From IMG/VR virus record IMGVR_UViG_3300020202_000083, positions 1 to 60,495 of that record: DNA of 60,495 bases; one strand, given 5' to 3'. The notes under the pieces were generated by a model. It ran no database searches and was not told where the DNA came from. It worked only from the letters and a program-made list of their open reading frames with translations. The DNA comes from a virus. Taxonomy: Duplodnaviria > Caudoviricetes. Position 1 is the first letter of the stretch. Every line of letters starts with the position of its first letter. Of this stretch, positions 18,413 to 29,409 are shown piece by piece. The position numbers and the translations under genes were made by a program.

Positions 18413-19536
18413 CGCGCATCCAACGCCTCAAAACCAACCAGTTCAAGACTGAGACGCTCCCTCAGGATGCTTCGCGGCTCTTTGAAGAGCTCCGCGACGA
18501 GTTCGCGCAGCTTGCTGGCCTATTCCGCGAGCGGCTCTACCGAGACAAGAACATCATCACAGCGAGCACGACGCGTCCTGTCCTGAAGTTCGGACAGATG
18601 CCGCTCGTGGACACCCTGGCCGGTGACGTGGACCTACGCCTGCCGGAAGCGAAGCCGCGGGATGCGGGGCGCGTGCTCGGTTTCGTCAAGCGCTACGCCG
18701 ATGGCTTCGTTTCGGTACAGACGGGCGACGGCAGCGCCATCAACGGGCATTACCAGCGCGCGCACGGCTTCACCCAAGCTGGGATGCATGAGTTCCTGTG
18801 GGATGGCTCGGGGTGGTGGTTTCAGGAGCCGACGGCGCACGTGCGCGCCCATAGCGACCGGCTACGACCGCTAGGCCTGTGGCAATTCAGCGCCGACTCC
18901 TTACTCACTGACTCGAGCGGTAACAGCTACACCCTGACGGTCGAGACTGGCACCGAGCGCTACACGCGCATCAACACGCACCTGCATGCGTTCTTCTTCG
19001 ACGGTGCAACGTCCCTCTGGCACAACGCCGCGGTTGCCGCTCTGCGCATCACTGGGGACGTAACCTTCATGTGCCTGTGGGTGCTCGACACTGCGGTTGC
19101 GCTGGCACCTTGGGTGAGCCACCTCGCAAGCGGCGAGGGCGAGGCACAAAATATCCTTTACCGCTTCGGGTTCACGAGCGGCACCTATGGCACTCAGTGG
19201 CTGACGGAGAGCGGGGCCGGCGTCGACTCGAGCTACTCGATTGACTCCCACATGAGCCCGCCGGGGCAGCTCTGCCACGTGGCGGTCACCCGCACGAGTG
19301 ACGTCATTCAGATGTACCAGCAGGGCCGCACGTTCGGCGATGCGAGCACCGCGCTGACGACTCCCACGGGCGGCGCCGACGGGCGACACAGGCTCGGCAG
19401 CACCGGGAGCACACACATCCGGGGGGCGATGGCGTCGGCTGTGCTCTACAACCGCGCGCTCAGCGCCCAAGAAATCCGCGACGAATACCATTACACGATG
19501 GGCCAGGCGCATGGCTTCATCACGGAGTTCCCGTAG
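18409..19536 (+). CDS. Tail protein with C-terminal LamG/concanavalin-A-like domain
   Basis: CHVAVTR...MYQQG...LYNRALSAQEI. Confidence 0.7.
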   Translation: MTRIQRLKTNQFKTETLPQDASRLFEELRDEFAQLAGLFRERLYRDKNIITASTTRPVLKFGQMPLVDTLAGDVDLRLPEAKPRDAGRVLGFVKRYADGFVSVQTGDGSAINGHYQRAHGFTQAGMHEFLWDGSGWWFQEPTAHVRAHSDRLRPLGLWQFSADSLLTDSSGNSYTLTVETGTERYTRINTHLHAFFFDGATSLWHNAAVAALRITGDVTFMCLWVLDTAVALAPWVSHLASGEGEAQNILYRFGFTSGTYGTQWLTESGAGVDSSYSIDSHMSPPGQLCHVAVTRTSDVIQMYQQGRTFGDASTALTTPTGGADGRHRLGSTGSTHIRGAMASAVLYNRALSAQEIRDEYHYTMGQAHGFITEFP

Positions 19537-22500
19537 TGCCCGATCAGCAAGTCGTCATTCGGCCAGGCATGAGCGAGGCGCTCGACCCTCGGCACTTGCC
19601 CATCGGAACGCCACGCTTGCTGCAGAACGTGCGCATACGGCAGGGCGCGCGCTTCGAGAAGCGGCCAGGGACGGCGAGCTTGGGTACCACGGGGTTACCT
19701 ACAAGCAACTTTGCGACGTGGATCGGCTCGTATGGCGGAAACCCAGTTGTAGGCATTGAGGAGACGACAACTACTACACGCCGTGACATGGGTATCTACC
19801 TGAGTGATGGGGCTCAGTGGAATTACTTGGGTCGTCATGGCGTGTGTGTGCCGGAGCGTCGATTTGGAATCGCGTCCAAGGAAGAAGACCCTTCGCTCGG
19901 CCTCGATTACGGCTACTGCTCGGTCGCTGTCATTAGCGACATCATCTACGCGTGCTACACGCAGCGCTCCTCGAATTTGGTGACACTTGTTGCGCTGACG
20001 CCTGAGGGCGTTCAGTTGCGCAGCGCCACGCTTGCGGACGCCAGTGGGGGGCGGCTCATCTACACCGGCGGAGTTCTGTACCTGGTCACACGACTCACTA
20101 CCGGCGCTGGGACGAGCATCCAAATACGCACCGTCACGGCAAGTTCACTAGCCATGAGTGCAGCGACGACCCTAGCGACGACGCTGCGCGGCAGCGGTCT
20201 CCCCTTCGATGTCGCTCCCCTAGAGAGCTCCAATGATTGGCTGCTCGCTCACCCGGAAACGGCCACCAAAATTCGCGTCAACCGGATGACGGGCACCTCT
20301 GTCACCAACACGGCGCAAATCACGACGACCAGTGCCCCCGAACGAGTAGGCGTTGCAGGTCAACTGGGGCAGAAAATCGCTGTGGTCCATGACGATGGCT
20401 CCGCTGCTGAGGTCGTCATGTTTGCCGACGACCTGTCGACTTCCGCGGCAGTGACCGTTGTCACACTGACCACCGAGAGCTGGATAACTGGGTTCGGTAT
20501 TACCCGTGTCTCGAACTCCGCGTATGCCGTCTTGCTCGGCGCGTACAACTCTACGGCAGCGCCGGCGATAGCCAGCAATCTAACGGAGCACGCCGTGGTG
20601 AGCACTGGCGCCAGCGTTACGGCGGGTCCCTACCGGGTCTATCACTACCACCCGCAAACAAAGCCTTTCGTGGTTGGTTCTGCTGATGAAAGGCAGGTAC
20701 TGGCGTGGTGCCACAACGAAGCAGGGGACGCTCACCAATGGGACGACCAAGCGGACCATGTACTGGTTTCATTCGAGCCCACGTCAGCTACTGGGGGCGG
20801 AGCGCAGATAGTAGCGATCAGCTACGAGCACACGGCCAACACGGACGACCCGCAGTGGCTTCACAACTGTGAGGTGGTCGCGCTTTCTGGTGGCCGGTAC
20901 GCAACTCTTATTACTTGGACGGATCCTGCCCTATTGACGGGCATCGACTGTCTCGTTTGGACAGCAGGCACTGCCAACACCTCCGGCACTGGTGGCAACT
21001 CCCGTGTTTACCGCAGGGTCACGGAGAGCGGAGGCGGGCTCTACGTCTCTGGCGGGGCCCTGTATGACATCGGCGACCCGGCCCTGAGCACGACTCATTA
21101 CATTCCCGAAAACGGGTTTGTGCATGCGCCCGTAATCAAGACCGCGGCAGCGGCGGGCGGTTCACTGACGGCCGGCACCGAGTACAGTTACCGCGCGGTC
21201 TATCGCCGAGTGGACTCAGTCGGCCGCGTGCACCGCTCCGCGCCCAGCGCCGTAGACACCGTTACGACTACGTCTGCGAACAAGACGGTCACGGTGCGCG
21301 TGGCTACCCTAGGCCTATCCGGCAGATGGGGTTGTCCCGGCGCGGCCACCGTGGCGGAAATCTATCGGTCTTGGAATGGCGGCCCCTATTACTACGTGGG
21401 GAGCACGGGCACGGTCGCGCCGACAGCGCAGACCATCACGTACTCCGACGATGATGCCGATGCAGACGTCGAAGAGAACTTCGTTCTGTATACAGACCTA
21501 GGCGTAATTCCCAACGAACCGCCCAGCGGTGCGCGGCTCATGTGCGTCGGCGGCAACCGCATGTTTTGCGTGGGTTGGCGTGAGAACGTCGTTCAGTTCT
21601 CGAAGCTCTACATACCTACGACGCCGTGGGAATTCTGCGACGACGACGCGTTCCGCATTTTCGTGCCAGAGCCCATCACCGCGCTCGCGTGGCTGGATGG
21701 CGCCTTGGTTATCTTCAGCAGCACGCGCGTCTACGTCGTTACCGGCGATGGTCCTAACGACCAAGGAACCGGTGGCTTCAGCGACCCGCGAGAGTTGCCA
21801 ACGGCAGTAGGCGCCGACAGCCCGCACGTCGTGGAAGTGCCGCAGGGCCTCATGTTCAAGGGCGCCGGCACGATCTGGTTACTACCCCGCGGCTTCGGCC
21901 CGCCGCAGCCTGTGGGCGACGACATCCAGGAGACGTTGGCGAGTTACCCGCACCTGCGCGCAGCCGTGCGCTGTGCGAACGGCGACGACGACTGCACGCA
22001 CTTCGTGCTCGCCGCTTCGGACAACGCAAACGCCGACACGCGCGTGGCCGTTTGGGATAACCGTCTCATGTCATGGTCGCTCGATAATATTGCCGGCGGC
22101 GTCGGAGCGGCCGGCAGCGTTGACGGCCAGTTCACGTGGGCGCTCGGCACCTGGAACGCACTTGCGGACATTCCCGTTCGTCAGTTCTCGACCGCACAGC
22201 ACCAGGACTATGACGGCGACGGTAACGCGCGATGGATTGAAAGTCGCTGGGGCTTCGGCGACTGGCGTCCCTGGGGGCCGCTCGGTTGGGGCAGGCTCGA
22301 TCGGCTGCAGATCCATGGCGAGGTTGCCGGTATCTGCGACATGAAGGTCATTGCGGTGACCGACGGTGTAACCGGGATGCATTCCGTCGGGCACACGATC
22401 CTTTCAACCAAGCACATGACTGGGCTCGGCCAGTTCTACGCCGAGAACCAGGTTCAGTACCCGCCCGGTGGCGCGTACACGTTCGACATTTACGACAGTG

Positions 22501-22601
22501 CACCGACCGGGGCGACCCGCGGTCTTGTGCTGCACTCAGTGGCCTTCAGTGCGAGCGAGCCGGACGGACTCCGGCGCGTCAGCAAGGCGGAGAGGTTCTA
22601 A
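19536..22601 (+). CDS. Tail nozzle/tubular protein (P22 gp10/T7 gp12-like), 1021 aa
   Basis: LQNVR...FEKRPG start, beta-propeller-like C half (VQFSK...ITAL...LVIF...VYVVTGDGP), Ser/Thr-rich. Confidence 0.65.
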   Translation: MPDQQVVIRPGMSEALDPRHLPIGTPRLLQNVRIRQGARFEKRPGTASLGTTGLPTSNFATWIGSYGGNPVVGIEETTTTTRRDMGIYLSDGAQWNYLGRHGVCVPERRFGIASKEEDPSLGLDYGYCSVAVISDIIYACYTQRSSNLVTLVALTPEGVQLRSATLADASGGRLIYTGGVLYLVTRLTTGAGTSIQIRTVTASSLAMSAATTLATTLRGSGLPFDVAPLESSNDWLLAHPETATKIRVNRMTGTSVTNTAQITTTSAPERVGVAGQLGQKIAVVHDDGSAAEVVMFADDLSTSAAVTVVTLTTESWITGFGITRVSNSAYAVLLGAYNSTAAPAIASNLTEHAVVSTGASVTAGPYRVYHYHPQTKPFVVGSADERQVLAWCHNEAGDAHQWDDQADHVLVSFEPTSATGGGAQIVAISYEHTANTDDPQWLHNCEVVALSGGRYATLITWTDPALLTGIDCLVWTAGTANTSGTGGNSRVYRRVTESGGGLYVSGGALYDIGDPALSTTHYIPENGFVHAPVIKTAAAAGGSLTAGTEYSYRAVYRRVDSVGRVHRSAPSAVDTVTTTSANKTVTVRVATLGLSGRWGCPGAATVAEIYRSWNGGPYYYVGSTGTVAPTAQTITYSDDDADADVEENFVLYTDLGVIPNEPPSGARLMCVGGNRMFCVGWRENVVQFSKLYIPTTPWEFCDDDAFRIFVPEPITALAWLDGALVIFSSTRVYVVTGDGPNDQGTGGFSDPRELPTAVGADSPHVVEVPQGLMFKGAGTIWLLPRGFGPPQPVGDDIQETLASYPHLRAAVRCANGDDDCTHFVLAASDNANADTRVAVWDNRLMSWSLDNIAGGVGAAGSVDGQFTWALGTWNALADIPVRQFSTAQHQDYDGDGNARWIESRWGFGDWRPWGPLGWGRLDRLQIHGEVAGICDMKVIAVTDGVTGMHSVGHTILSTKHMTGLGQFYAENQVQYPPGGAYTFDIYDSAPTGATRGLVLHSVAFSASEPDGLRRVSKAERF

Positions 22602-22604
22602 TCA

Positions 22605-24473
22605 ATGGGACTCTATGACTATCTCAACTACTGGATGCAACGTGGCGAGGCGCCGCCGACCAACCCGTACGGTGGTTTTGGCGACAGCGGTGAAGAGGGC
22701 TCGTGGGTTGACCAGACAGCTGCTCAATACCAGGAGTCGCAGGGCGGCAATCAGGGAAGCGCTGCCGGCAGCGACGACCTAGACCCATTCACTTCGAATC
22801 CGGTGGGCACAGCGGCTTACGACAGCATGGTCAATTACGCCAAGGGCAACCCTATGGGGTCGGCAATTCACAGCAACCCAAGGATGGATGAGACATCGGC
22901 GATGCGCGGCGACCAGACCAAGGGTGAGCGCACCGCGCACCAAGAGGCAAACTACACGTACGGGAACTACGAGGGCGCCGCTCAGGACGCCATCAACACG
23001 GCGCGAACGAACCTGGCCCCGTACACGGGGCAACTCAGCAGCATGGGCAGTGGCTTTTACAACACGGGTATGGCCGCTGGCGGCCGCGAAGCGCCCATCG
23101 ACGAATACAACCTGGGCCAGCACGGATACGGCACCGGGAACATGTTCAACACCGCCGACATGATGTTGGATGCGGCTAATCGTGGCCCTGGCGCGAGCTA
23201 CGCCCAGGCCATGCACGACGCGAACACCGCGCAGGCTATGCGTCAGCAGCTGGCTCTGGCTGGCAGTGGTCGAGGCGCAGGAGGCGGCGCCGCAGCGTTC
23301 CGTCAGGCGCAAGCGAACCAGGCACAGATTCAGGGTGCGGCCAATGCGCAGACCGGGGCGCTGCAAGCACAGGAGGATCAAATGTGGCGGCAGCACCAAG
23401 CCAACCTGCTTGGCCAGGCAGGTGCGCTCTACGGCTCCGGCGCAGAGACGGCCCTCTCTGGCGCTCAGTACACAACGGGGGCTCATCAGGCGCAAACAAA
23501 CATGAATGACGCCTTCACGGTGGGCATGGGCAACCTCGCCAATGACTCGATCTATAACGCCGGGCAGTTGGCCACAGGTGCCGAACAGTTGGCGCATCAA
23601 ATCAATATGGGGAACCTCACCGGCAACATGGCCTACGAGGACAACCTTACAGCCATCTACAACATCAACGAAGGCGGGAAACAGCCGAACGGGGGAATGG
23701 ATCCTTACGTTGCGGCCGGCCTCGAAACGGCAGGGAATGTGCTGCCCATCATCGCCGATGGCACGGATGACGATAAGAAGTCCTCCGACATCCGTGCCAA
23801 GAAAAACATCGAGCCAGCATCAGCGCTCGACGCGGTGAGCGGTGCCGACGGATACACCTACAACTACCTTGATCCAGAGCGGCACGGAGACGGCACGTAT
23901 CTCGGCCCGATGGCGCAAGACCTCGAGGGTGCGCCGGGCGTCGTCAAAGAAGACAAAAACGGCACCAAGCAAATCGATACGAGCCGCTTGTCACTGCTCA
24001 ATACCAGTGCCCTCGCCGAGCTCAACGAAAAGGTGGACAACGCGATCGCGGACAAGAAGGGTGCCCCCAAAAAGTCCAAGTGGGATGTGAGCATCGGAGA
24101 CGCTCAGGTCGAGTCGCCCGGCTACGACGTAGAGTTTGGCGAGGCGCAAATCGAAAGCCCTCACTACGACCTAGTCTTTGAGCCCGCCGAGTTCCCGCAG
24201 CAGGCAGCGACGCTAGGGTCTGGGCCCACCCAGCCGACTGAATACAGCGGGGATCCTGTGCGCCTTCAGCAGGAGGCCATGCGGTACGGCACGCCCGTCT
24301 ATGGGGCTCCTCCGCCAGAAGCGGCTGCCAGTGAAGCGGGACCGAGTTACTTCGATCGCTTTCTAGGCCCCAACCTCGGTCAGCACGCTTCCGATGTCAC
24401 CGAGGAGGAGTACCAGAACGAATTGCTGCGGCAGTACTTCCGTCGACCGCCTCGGCAGGACATCGGGTTGTGA
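22605..24473 (+). CDS. Internal virion/ejection protein with Peptidase_S74 (intramolecular chaperone) domain
   Basis: Gln/Ala/Gly-rich body; SSDIRAKKNI...YTYNY...GPMAQDLE...ID motif. Confidence 0.7.
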   Translation: MGLYDYLNYWMQRGEAPPTNPYGGFGDSGEEGSWVDQTAAQYQESQGGNQGSAAGSDDLDPFTSNPVGTAAYDSMVNYAKGNPMGSAIHSNPRMDETSAMRGDQTKGERTAHQEANYTYGNYEGAAQDAINTARTNLAPYTGQLSSMGSGFYNTGMAAGGREAPIDEYNLGQHGYGTGNMFNTADMMLDAANRGPGASYAQAMHDANTAQAMRQQLALAGSGRGAGGGAAAFRQAQANQAQIQGAANAQTGALQAQEDQMWRQHQANLLGQAGALYGSGAETALSGAQYTTGAHQAQTNMNDAFTVGMGNLANDSIYNAGQLATGAEQLAHQINMGNLTGNMAYEDNLTAIYNINEGGKQPNGGMDPYVAAGLETAGNVLPIIADGTDDDKKSSDIRAKKNIEPASALDAVSGADGYTYNYLDPERHGDGTYLGPMAQDLEGAPGVVKEDKNGTKQIDTSRLSLLNTSALAELNEKVDNAIADKKGAPKKSKWDVSIGDAQVESPGYDVEFGEAQIESPHYDLVFEPAEFPQQAATLGSGPTQPTEYSGDPVRLQQEAMRYGTPVYGAPPPEAAASEAGPSYFDRFLGPNLGQHASDVTEEEYQNELLRQYFRRPPRQDIGL

Positions 24474-24482
24474 GGAGGACCA

Positions 24483-26204
24483 TTGGCCTACGGTAACCTC
24501 ATCAGCTACGAGCCCGCGCCGACGCCCGGCGCGTACCACTTCACCACACGTGACGGACGGAAGCTGTTCGCGTTCGGCGCGCAGGCTGAGGTGATGAAGC
24601 GGCGTCTTGATCAGGCGAACGCGGTGGGCCCGCAAAAGACAGCTCAGCTCGGCCCGATGGCGAACATGTCCTCAGCATTGAGCGGCGGACCACCTGCTGC
24701 TCCACCTCCAACGCGTGCAGACGTCAAGCGCTGGCCAGCCGCGCCAGCTACGGCAGCTGCGGCGCCAGCAGCTCCCGGCGCCAGCGCGTCTGCACCTGTG
24801 GCACCCGCGACCGCGCCAACTGCGCCAGCGCAATCGTCAGAGCCCGAAGCGCTCGGACTCGGTTTCTACAAGGACCCGAAGACAGGCATGATCCTGCAAT
24901 ACGACCCCGGCTCTCCTGGATCAAAGGGCGGGCCTGTCGAGCGTTCGCGAACGGAACGCGGCGGATTCGATCCCGATCCTGCGTACAAGGCGGCCAAGTG
25001 GGAACTCCTGCAAGCGCAAACTGACAACATCGACGAGCAGCGCCGGCAACACGCCGAGAACTTTGAAGCCGATCAAACGCTTCTGCAGGACCAGCGCGTG
25101 ATGGCAATCGATGCGATACAGGAAGAGCACGCTCGCAAACGCGCCATTGATCAGGGGGTCGAGGAAGCAACCGCGAAGCACGACGCTGTCGTTCAAGAAT
25201 ACACAAGCGCGAAGGAGGACCCTAGCCGGGCTCTGTCCGGTGGCAAGAACTGGATCTACGGACTTGCCATCGGCCTCGGCACATTCGGCGCCGCCATGAA
25301 CAAGCGCCAGAGTCAAGCGGTCGACATTGTGCAAAAGCAGATCGACCGCGACATCGCTGCACAGAGAACAGAGATCGCGATCAAGCGCGACGCTGCCGAC
25401 AATGCACTTGCCGATCTGACACGGAAACTTGGCTCCCAAGAACGCGCAGAGAACGCACTAAAGCAAATTCAAAACCAGCTGATACAGAACAGCCTCGCTC
25501 AGCAAGCCAGCCGTGAGAAGAACGCCGAAAAACTCGCGAGCCTAAAGGCTCTGCAGCTCGGCCTGCAAGAACGCTTCCTCGATCTGAACGAGCAGGATCG
25601 TCGCCTGGCTCAAGGCGAGGTCACTAAGCACATCGTCAACGCCCCAGCGGAACCGCCGCGGCAACCTGGTCTGCGTCCGGTGAAGGATCAGACTGGTACG
25701 GCCAGAGCGTTGGCGGATCTGCGTAACGCAGAAGGCAAGGCGCAGGGTGATGGTAAGACGCCCGCAGCAGTGCCAACCGAGCGCACTAACAAGGTAGCGC
25801 TCAATTCTCAGATCATTGAGCAGGCCGACGGGATCGTGTCGCAGCTGCCCCCAGAGGAGGACGAGTGGGGCGACCCCGCATCCGGTCCTGTCGATTCCAC
25901 GTGGAACAAGGGTGAATCGAACAAGCTCAATGAAGCGACGAGCGCTCTCGCTACCAGTGTGCAGATCGGTTCAGGCGCCGGTTCTACCGCAGATGATAGA
26001 AAACAGGCGGGAGAGCTCGTCGGCGAAGGCGGTTCGGTCTCTGCCCGTCGTCGAGGCGCCCAGCGCGCCGCAAGCGAAGCGGCTCAACGCATCGCAATCG
26101 AGATCGCGACGCTGCCGCCAGAACAGCAGGAGCAGGCGATCAAGGCCATGCCGAGGGCAACACAGAAAGCCGTGCTGGATGCCCTGAAGAAAGGTGGCCA
26201 GTGA
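24483..26204 (+). CDS. Internal virion/ejection protein
   Basis: Coiled-coil, one hydrophobic segment, GAGGAG RBS. Confidence 0.55.
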   Translation: MAYGNLISYEPAPTPGAYHFTTRDGRKLFAFGAQAEVMKRRLDQANAVGPQKTAQLGPMANMSSALSGGPPAAPPPTRADVKRWPAAPATAAAAPAAPGASASAPVAPATAPTAPAQSSEPEALGLGFYKDPKTGMILQYDPGSPGSKGGPVERSRTERGGFDPDPAYKAAKWELLQAQTDNIDEQRRQHAENFEADQTLLQDQRVMAIDAIQEEHARKRAIDQGVEEATAKHDAVVQEYTSAKEDPSRALSGGKNWIYGLAIGLGTFGAAMNKRQSQAVDIVQKQIDRDIAAQRTEIAIKRDAADNALADLTRKLGSQERAENALKQIQNQLIQNSLAQQASREKNAEKLASLKALQLGLQERFLDLNEQDRRLAQGEVTKHIVNAPAEPPRQPGLRPVKDQTGTARALADLRNAEGKAQGDGKTPAAVPTERTNKVALNSQIIEQADGIVSQLPPEEDEWGDPASGPVDSTWNKGESNKLNEATSALATSVQIGSGAGSTADDRKQAGELVGEGGSVSARRRGAQRAASEAAQRIAIEIATLPPEQQEQAIKAMPRATQKAVLDALKKGGQ

Positions 26205-28939
26205 CGCAGCCGGTTTACCCGAGTCTGTTGCCACAGAACGCGCCTTCGCTGCTGACTGGCGGCGCTCCTGGCGCGCCTCTGCCGGTGGCACCGCAAGGCG
26301 CTCGCGCTCTTCTTGAGCAGCGCGCAGCACAAGGTGCATTCAGTGAGCTCGACGAACGCAAGCGCGTCGAAGAAGAGGCCGCGCGTCAGCACGCCGCAAG
26401 CCAGGCCCGCTGGGGCGACGGGCGCGGCGCAGCGGCGACAGGTCTCACCTACTTTACGAAAGGGGTGCTCGACGTTGTGCTGGCCCCGGGAGCACTCCTT
26501 GGGGCCACACTCGAAGGTGTCGGCTGGCTCGCTGACAGCGAGGGACTAGAAGACTTTGGGCGAGATCTTGGGAGAGCATCGAGCGGCCGAGAGGCGCTCT
26601 CTGCCCTGACAGCCGCCCCTGAGGCACTGTCGGCACTGGCCAGCACGCCTGATCGTGCACGCGACCGCAGCGCGCTTCACTCCTACGAATCCGCTCGAAA
26701 AGACCTGGCCGCGCAGGCCGAAGCTTGGCCGCTTCTTTCTACCGTGTCGGCGCTCGCCGGCGAGGCCGCAACGGGTTTAGCGCTGGGAGGGCTCGCGACC
26801 GGGGCCAAGGGGCTCGTAGGCGTTGCCGCGTTCGAGGGCGCCAGCGGCGGTGCGCAGACGGCCTACGAACGCTCGGCTTCGTATCGCGATGTCTTGGCCG
26901 CAGCCGGAACCGGGGCACTGCTGGCGACTGGGCTAGCCTGGGGTGGTGAAGCTGCCGTGGGCGCCCTGCAGCGCCGCGGTGCACGCATCGAAGCTGCGCG
27001 CTCTGCGTTCGGTGAGGTCGCTGAAGCAGAGACCAAGGCGGCGGCTCGGACAGGCGCGAAGGTCCCGGTCGACAAGGCCGGGGGGCGTGAAGCGCAGTCT
27101 GTGATTTCTGAGCTCGAAGCTGCGCGGGAAACAGCTCACAAGGCGGTCAAGGCTGCCGGCGATAACCCGATCAAGCGTCAGAGCGCTTTGCAGGAGGCGC
27201 TCGGCACAGTTCGCGCAGAACTCGCCGAGAAGGCCGGCAAGTTCCAACCCGAACGCTGGACCAGCCAGACACCGACGCCGCTGCAACGCGTGCTCTACAG
27301 GACGGAACTGCTCGACAGGATAGCTGATGATGTGGCTACTGCAGCGAGCCACTCGATCCGCACTGCACCGGACTTCAGCTTTCAGGTCTCCCCCAAGCAT
27401 CTCACGCGCGTACTCAAAAATGCCGACGGGCCCGCCGCGATCGGTTCGCTACAACAGCGGATCGCTGCTGGTATTCAGGAGGCCCCACATACCGAGCTAG
27501 CGGGTGCTGTGGTGACCGACCTGCGCGCGACCTTCGCGCGTCTCGCCGAGGCTGAGCTGCCCGAGGCATTTGTCGAGAGCCATAAGCTTTCGCAACGGCT
27601 CATGGCTGTGGCCGCCCGGGGCGACGAGCTTACGGCCGCTTACGCCAAGCGACAGGCAGGGAGTCTTGCGCAGACCCTCTCAAGCGAGTCGTTCGGCACG
27701 GCCGGCAAGCTCTACGGCGACGCTCTTCAAACGGCCTCGGAGCGAGCGGCGAAACTAGCAGACGCGAAGCTTGTGCGTGAGGCGCTTCGCACGGCAGACC
27801 TCCGCGGCAATCTCCCTGCTATCGCCCGAGAGCACTCTGACACAGTAGCAAGGGCTCTGGACGCACAGGCGAAGCTAGCGGGCCGCTCAGCACCGACGGC
27901 CGCGGTGGCGGATCTGCACGAGCTAGAACGGCTGCTCACTAAAGCTGAAGAGGCCGCTACGCTTGACGGTGGCCCAGTGAGACGGGTGGTCGATTGGTTC
28001 CGCAACAAGGCCGAGGACAAGGCCGCAAACGCCGTGAGTGCGGCCGTTGGCGGCGCCATCGGCGGCTACCCTGGTGCAGCTGCCGGTTACCTCGTTTCGA
28101 GCTTTCTGCGCCCTCGCATGGGCAGCATTCTCGGCGCTGTCCGGAACGCTGCGCGTCGTGGTGGTCGCGGCATCCAGAAAGCAGTCGCGCGAACCGGCAA
28201 ACCCGCCAACGAGTACCTGCAGGCGCTTGCTTCTGACCTCGGCGAGAACGCAACGCTCGACACGATGGCGACCATACGTCCCAGCGCATTGAGTGGCCGC
28301 GCCGTCGCACAAAAGGAAAAGCACGCTCAATTCGAGGCCAGAACTGCCGCACTTGCTCGCTTGAGCACCGACACGAGTGCACTCGATCAGCCGCTACAGG
28401 CGCTCGATTCCATCATTCCGAGCTCGAGTGCGCTCGCAGCCGCTGAGATTGCCGGCAAGATGCAGACTCTGATCGCGGACTGGCCCAAGTCATCGACCGA
28501 TTTTCGCGGGCGGAGCAGTGGCAAGTCCTCGGACGAGATCCGCAAAGCGAGCGCCATGTGGGAGGCGACCTTTGACCCCGGAAGTGTGTTCGAAGAGCTA
28601 GCCGCTGGGCGTCTCGATCCGGAGAAAGCACGTTACGTCTGGAAGCAATACCCAGGACTGAAGCAAGCGGCGCAGATGGCGCTGCTTGACGTGTTTCATA
28701 ACCAGCTGAGCGAAGAAGAGCTTGCGGCAGTGCCGGAGACGGTCGTGTCGCAGCTCGATCGCTTTCTCGATCTTGAGGGAGCGCTTCAAGAGACGCTCAG
28801 GCCGGAGTTCGTTCAGGCCGTGACCGCTATCGCTGAGCAAGCAGCGTCCAAGCAAAAGCCTACCGTCAAGAAGCCGCTCGACTTGCCTACTAGCAGGCCG
28901 ACACCGATGCAGAGAATTTCAGGGCAGCGCAAAGGATAA
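26201..28939 (+). CDS. Large internal virion/ejection protein
   Basis: 912 aa Ala-rich helical with glycine-zipper segments; third of an ejection trio. Confidence 0.55.
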   Translation: MTQPVYPSLLPQNAPSLLTGGAPGAPLPVAPQGARALLEQRAAQGAFSELDERKRVEEEAARQHAASQARWGDGRGAAATGLTYFTKGVLDVVLAPGALLGATLEGVGWLADSEGLEDFGRDLGRASSGREALSALTAAPEALSALASTPDRARDRSALHSYESARKDLAAQAEAWPLLSTVSALAGEAATGLALGGLATGAKGLVGVAAFEGASGGAQTAYERSASYRDVLAAAGTGALLATGLAWGGEAAVGALQRRGARIEAARSAFGEVAEAETKAAARTGAKVPVDKAGGREAQSVISELEAARETAHKAVKAAGDNPIKRQSALQEALGTVRAELAEKAGKFQPERWTSQTPTPLQRVLYRTELLDRIADDVATAASHSIRTAPDFSFQVSPKHLTRVLKNADGPAAIGSLQQRIAAGIQEAPHTELAGAVVTDLRATFARLAEAELPEAFVESHKLSQRLMAVAARGDELTAAYAKRQAGSLAQTLSSESFGTAGKLYGDALQTASERAAKLADAKLVREALRTADLRGNLPAIAREHSDTVARALDAQAKLAGRSAPTAAVADLHELERLLTKAEEAATLDGGPVRRVVDWFRNKAEDKAANAVSAAVGGAIGGYPGAAAGYLVSSFLRPRMGSILGAVRNAARRGGRGIQKAVARTGKPANEYLQALASDLGENATLDTMATIRPSALSGRAVAQKEKHAQFEARTAALARLSTDTSALDQPLQALDSIIPSSSALAAAEIAGKMQTLIADWPKSSTDFRGRSSGKSSDEIRKASAMWEATFDPGSVFEELAAGRLDPEKARYVWKQYPGLKQAAQMALLDVFHNQLSEEELAAVPETVVSQLDRFLDLEGALQETLRPEFVQAVTAIAEQAASKQKPTVKKPLDLPTSRPTPMQRISGQRKG

Positions 28940-28953
28940 AAAGGAGAAGCGCC

Positions 28954-29409
28954 ATGAGTTTGGTTGAATACGAAGCGAACAATGTCATTCCGCCGCTAAA
29001 GAACAGCGACGCAATGAAGAGTCAGGCCTGTGTGGTGGTGAGCACTGCCGGGATCGTGCAAGGGCTGTCGGGACTGTTCGGGAACTCCCTCGGCGACGGG
29101 CACTTTCTCACCCTCGAGGCTGACGGGACAAAGATTTATGTCGCGTTCTCGCCGAACAGTTCGGGCAGCATCAACCCAGCAGCAACGGGTAACGGGGCAA
29201 CTATCTGCTATCCCATTCCTGATGGGGTGATGATGTCCGTGCGTCCCATTGCTGGCAGGGAAGTCGGCACTGGGATCGCGACGATGTGCCGTTATGACTT
29301 CTTGCACGCGCGCGTACCCACGACGGCCGCTGTGGCCACGGGCTACCTTAGGATCTATCGCAGCAGTCTGGCGCCGACCCAAGACGCTGGGGAGTTCAGG
29401 GCACCATGA
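28954..29409 (+). CDS. Putative virion protein
   Basis: AAGGAG RBS; beta-rich. Confidence 0.5.
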   Translation: MSLVEYEANNVIPPLKNSDAMKSQACVVVSTAGIVQGLSGLFGNSLGDGHFLTLEADGTKIYVAFSPNSSGSINPAATGNGATICYPIPDGVMMSVRPIAGREVGTGIATMCRYDFLHARVPTTAAVATGYLRIYRSSLAPTQDAGEFRAP

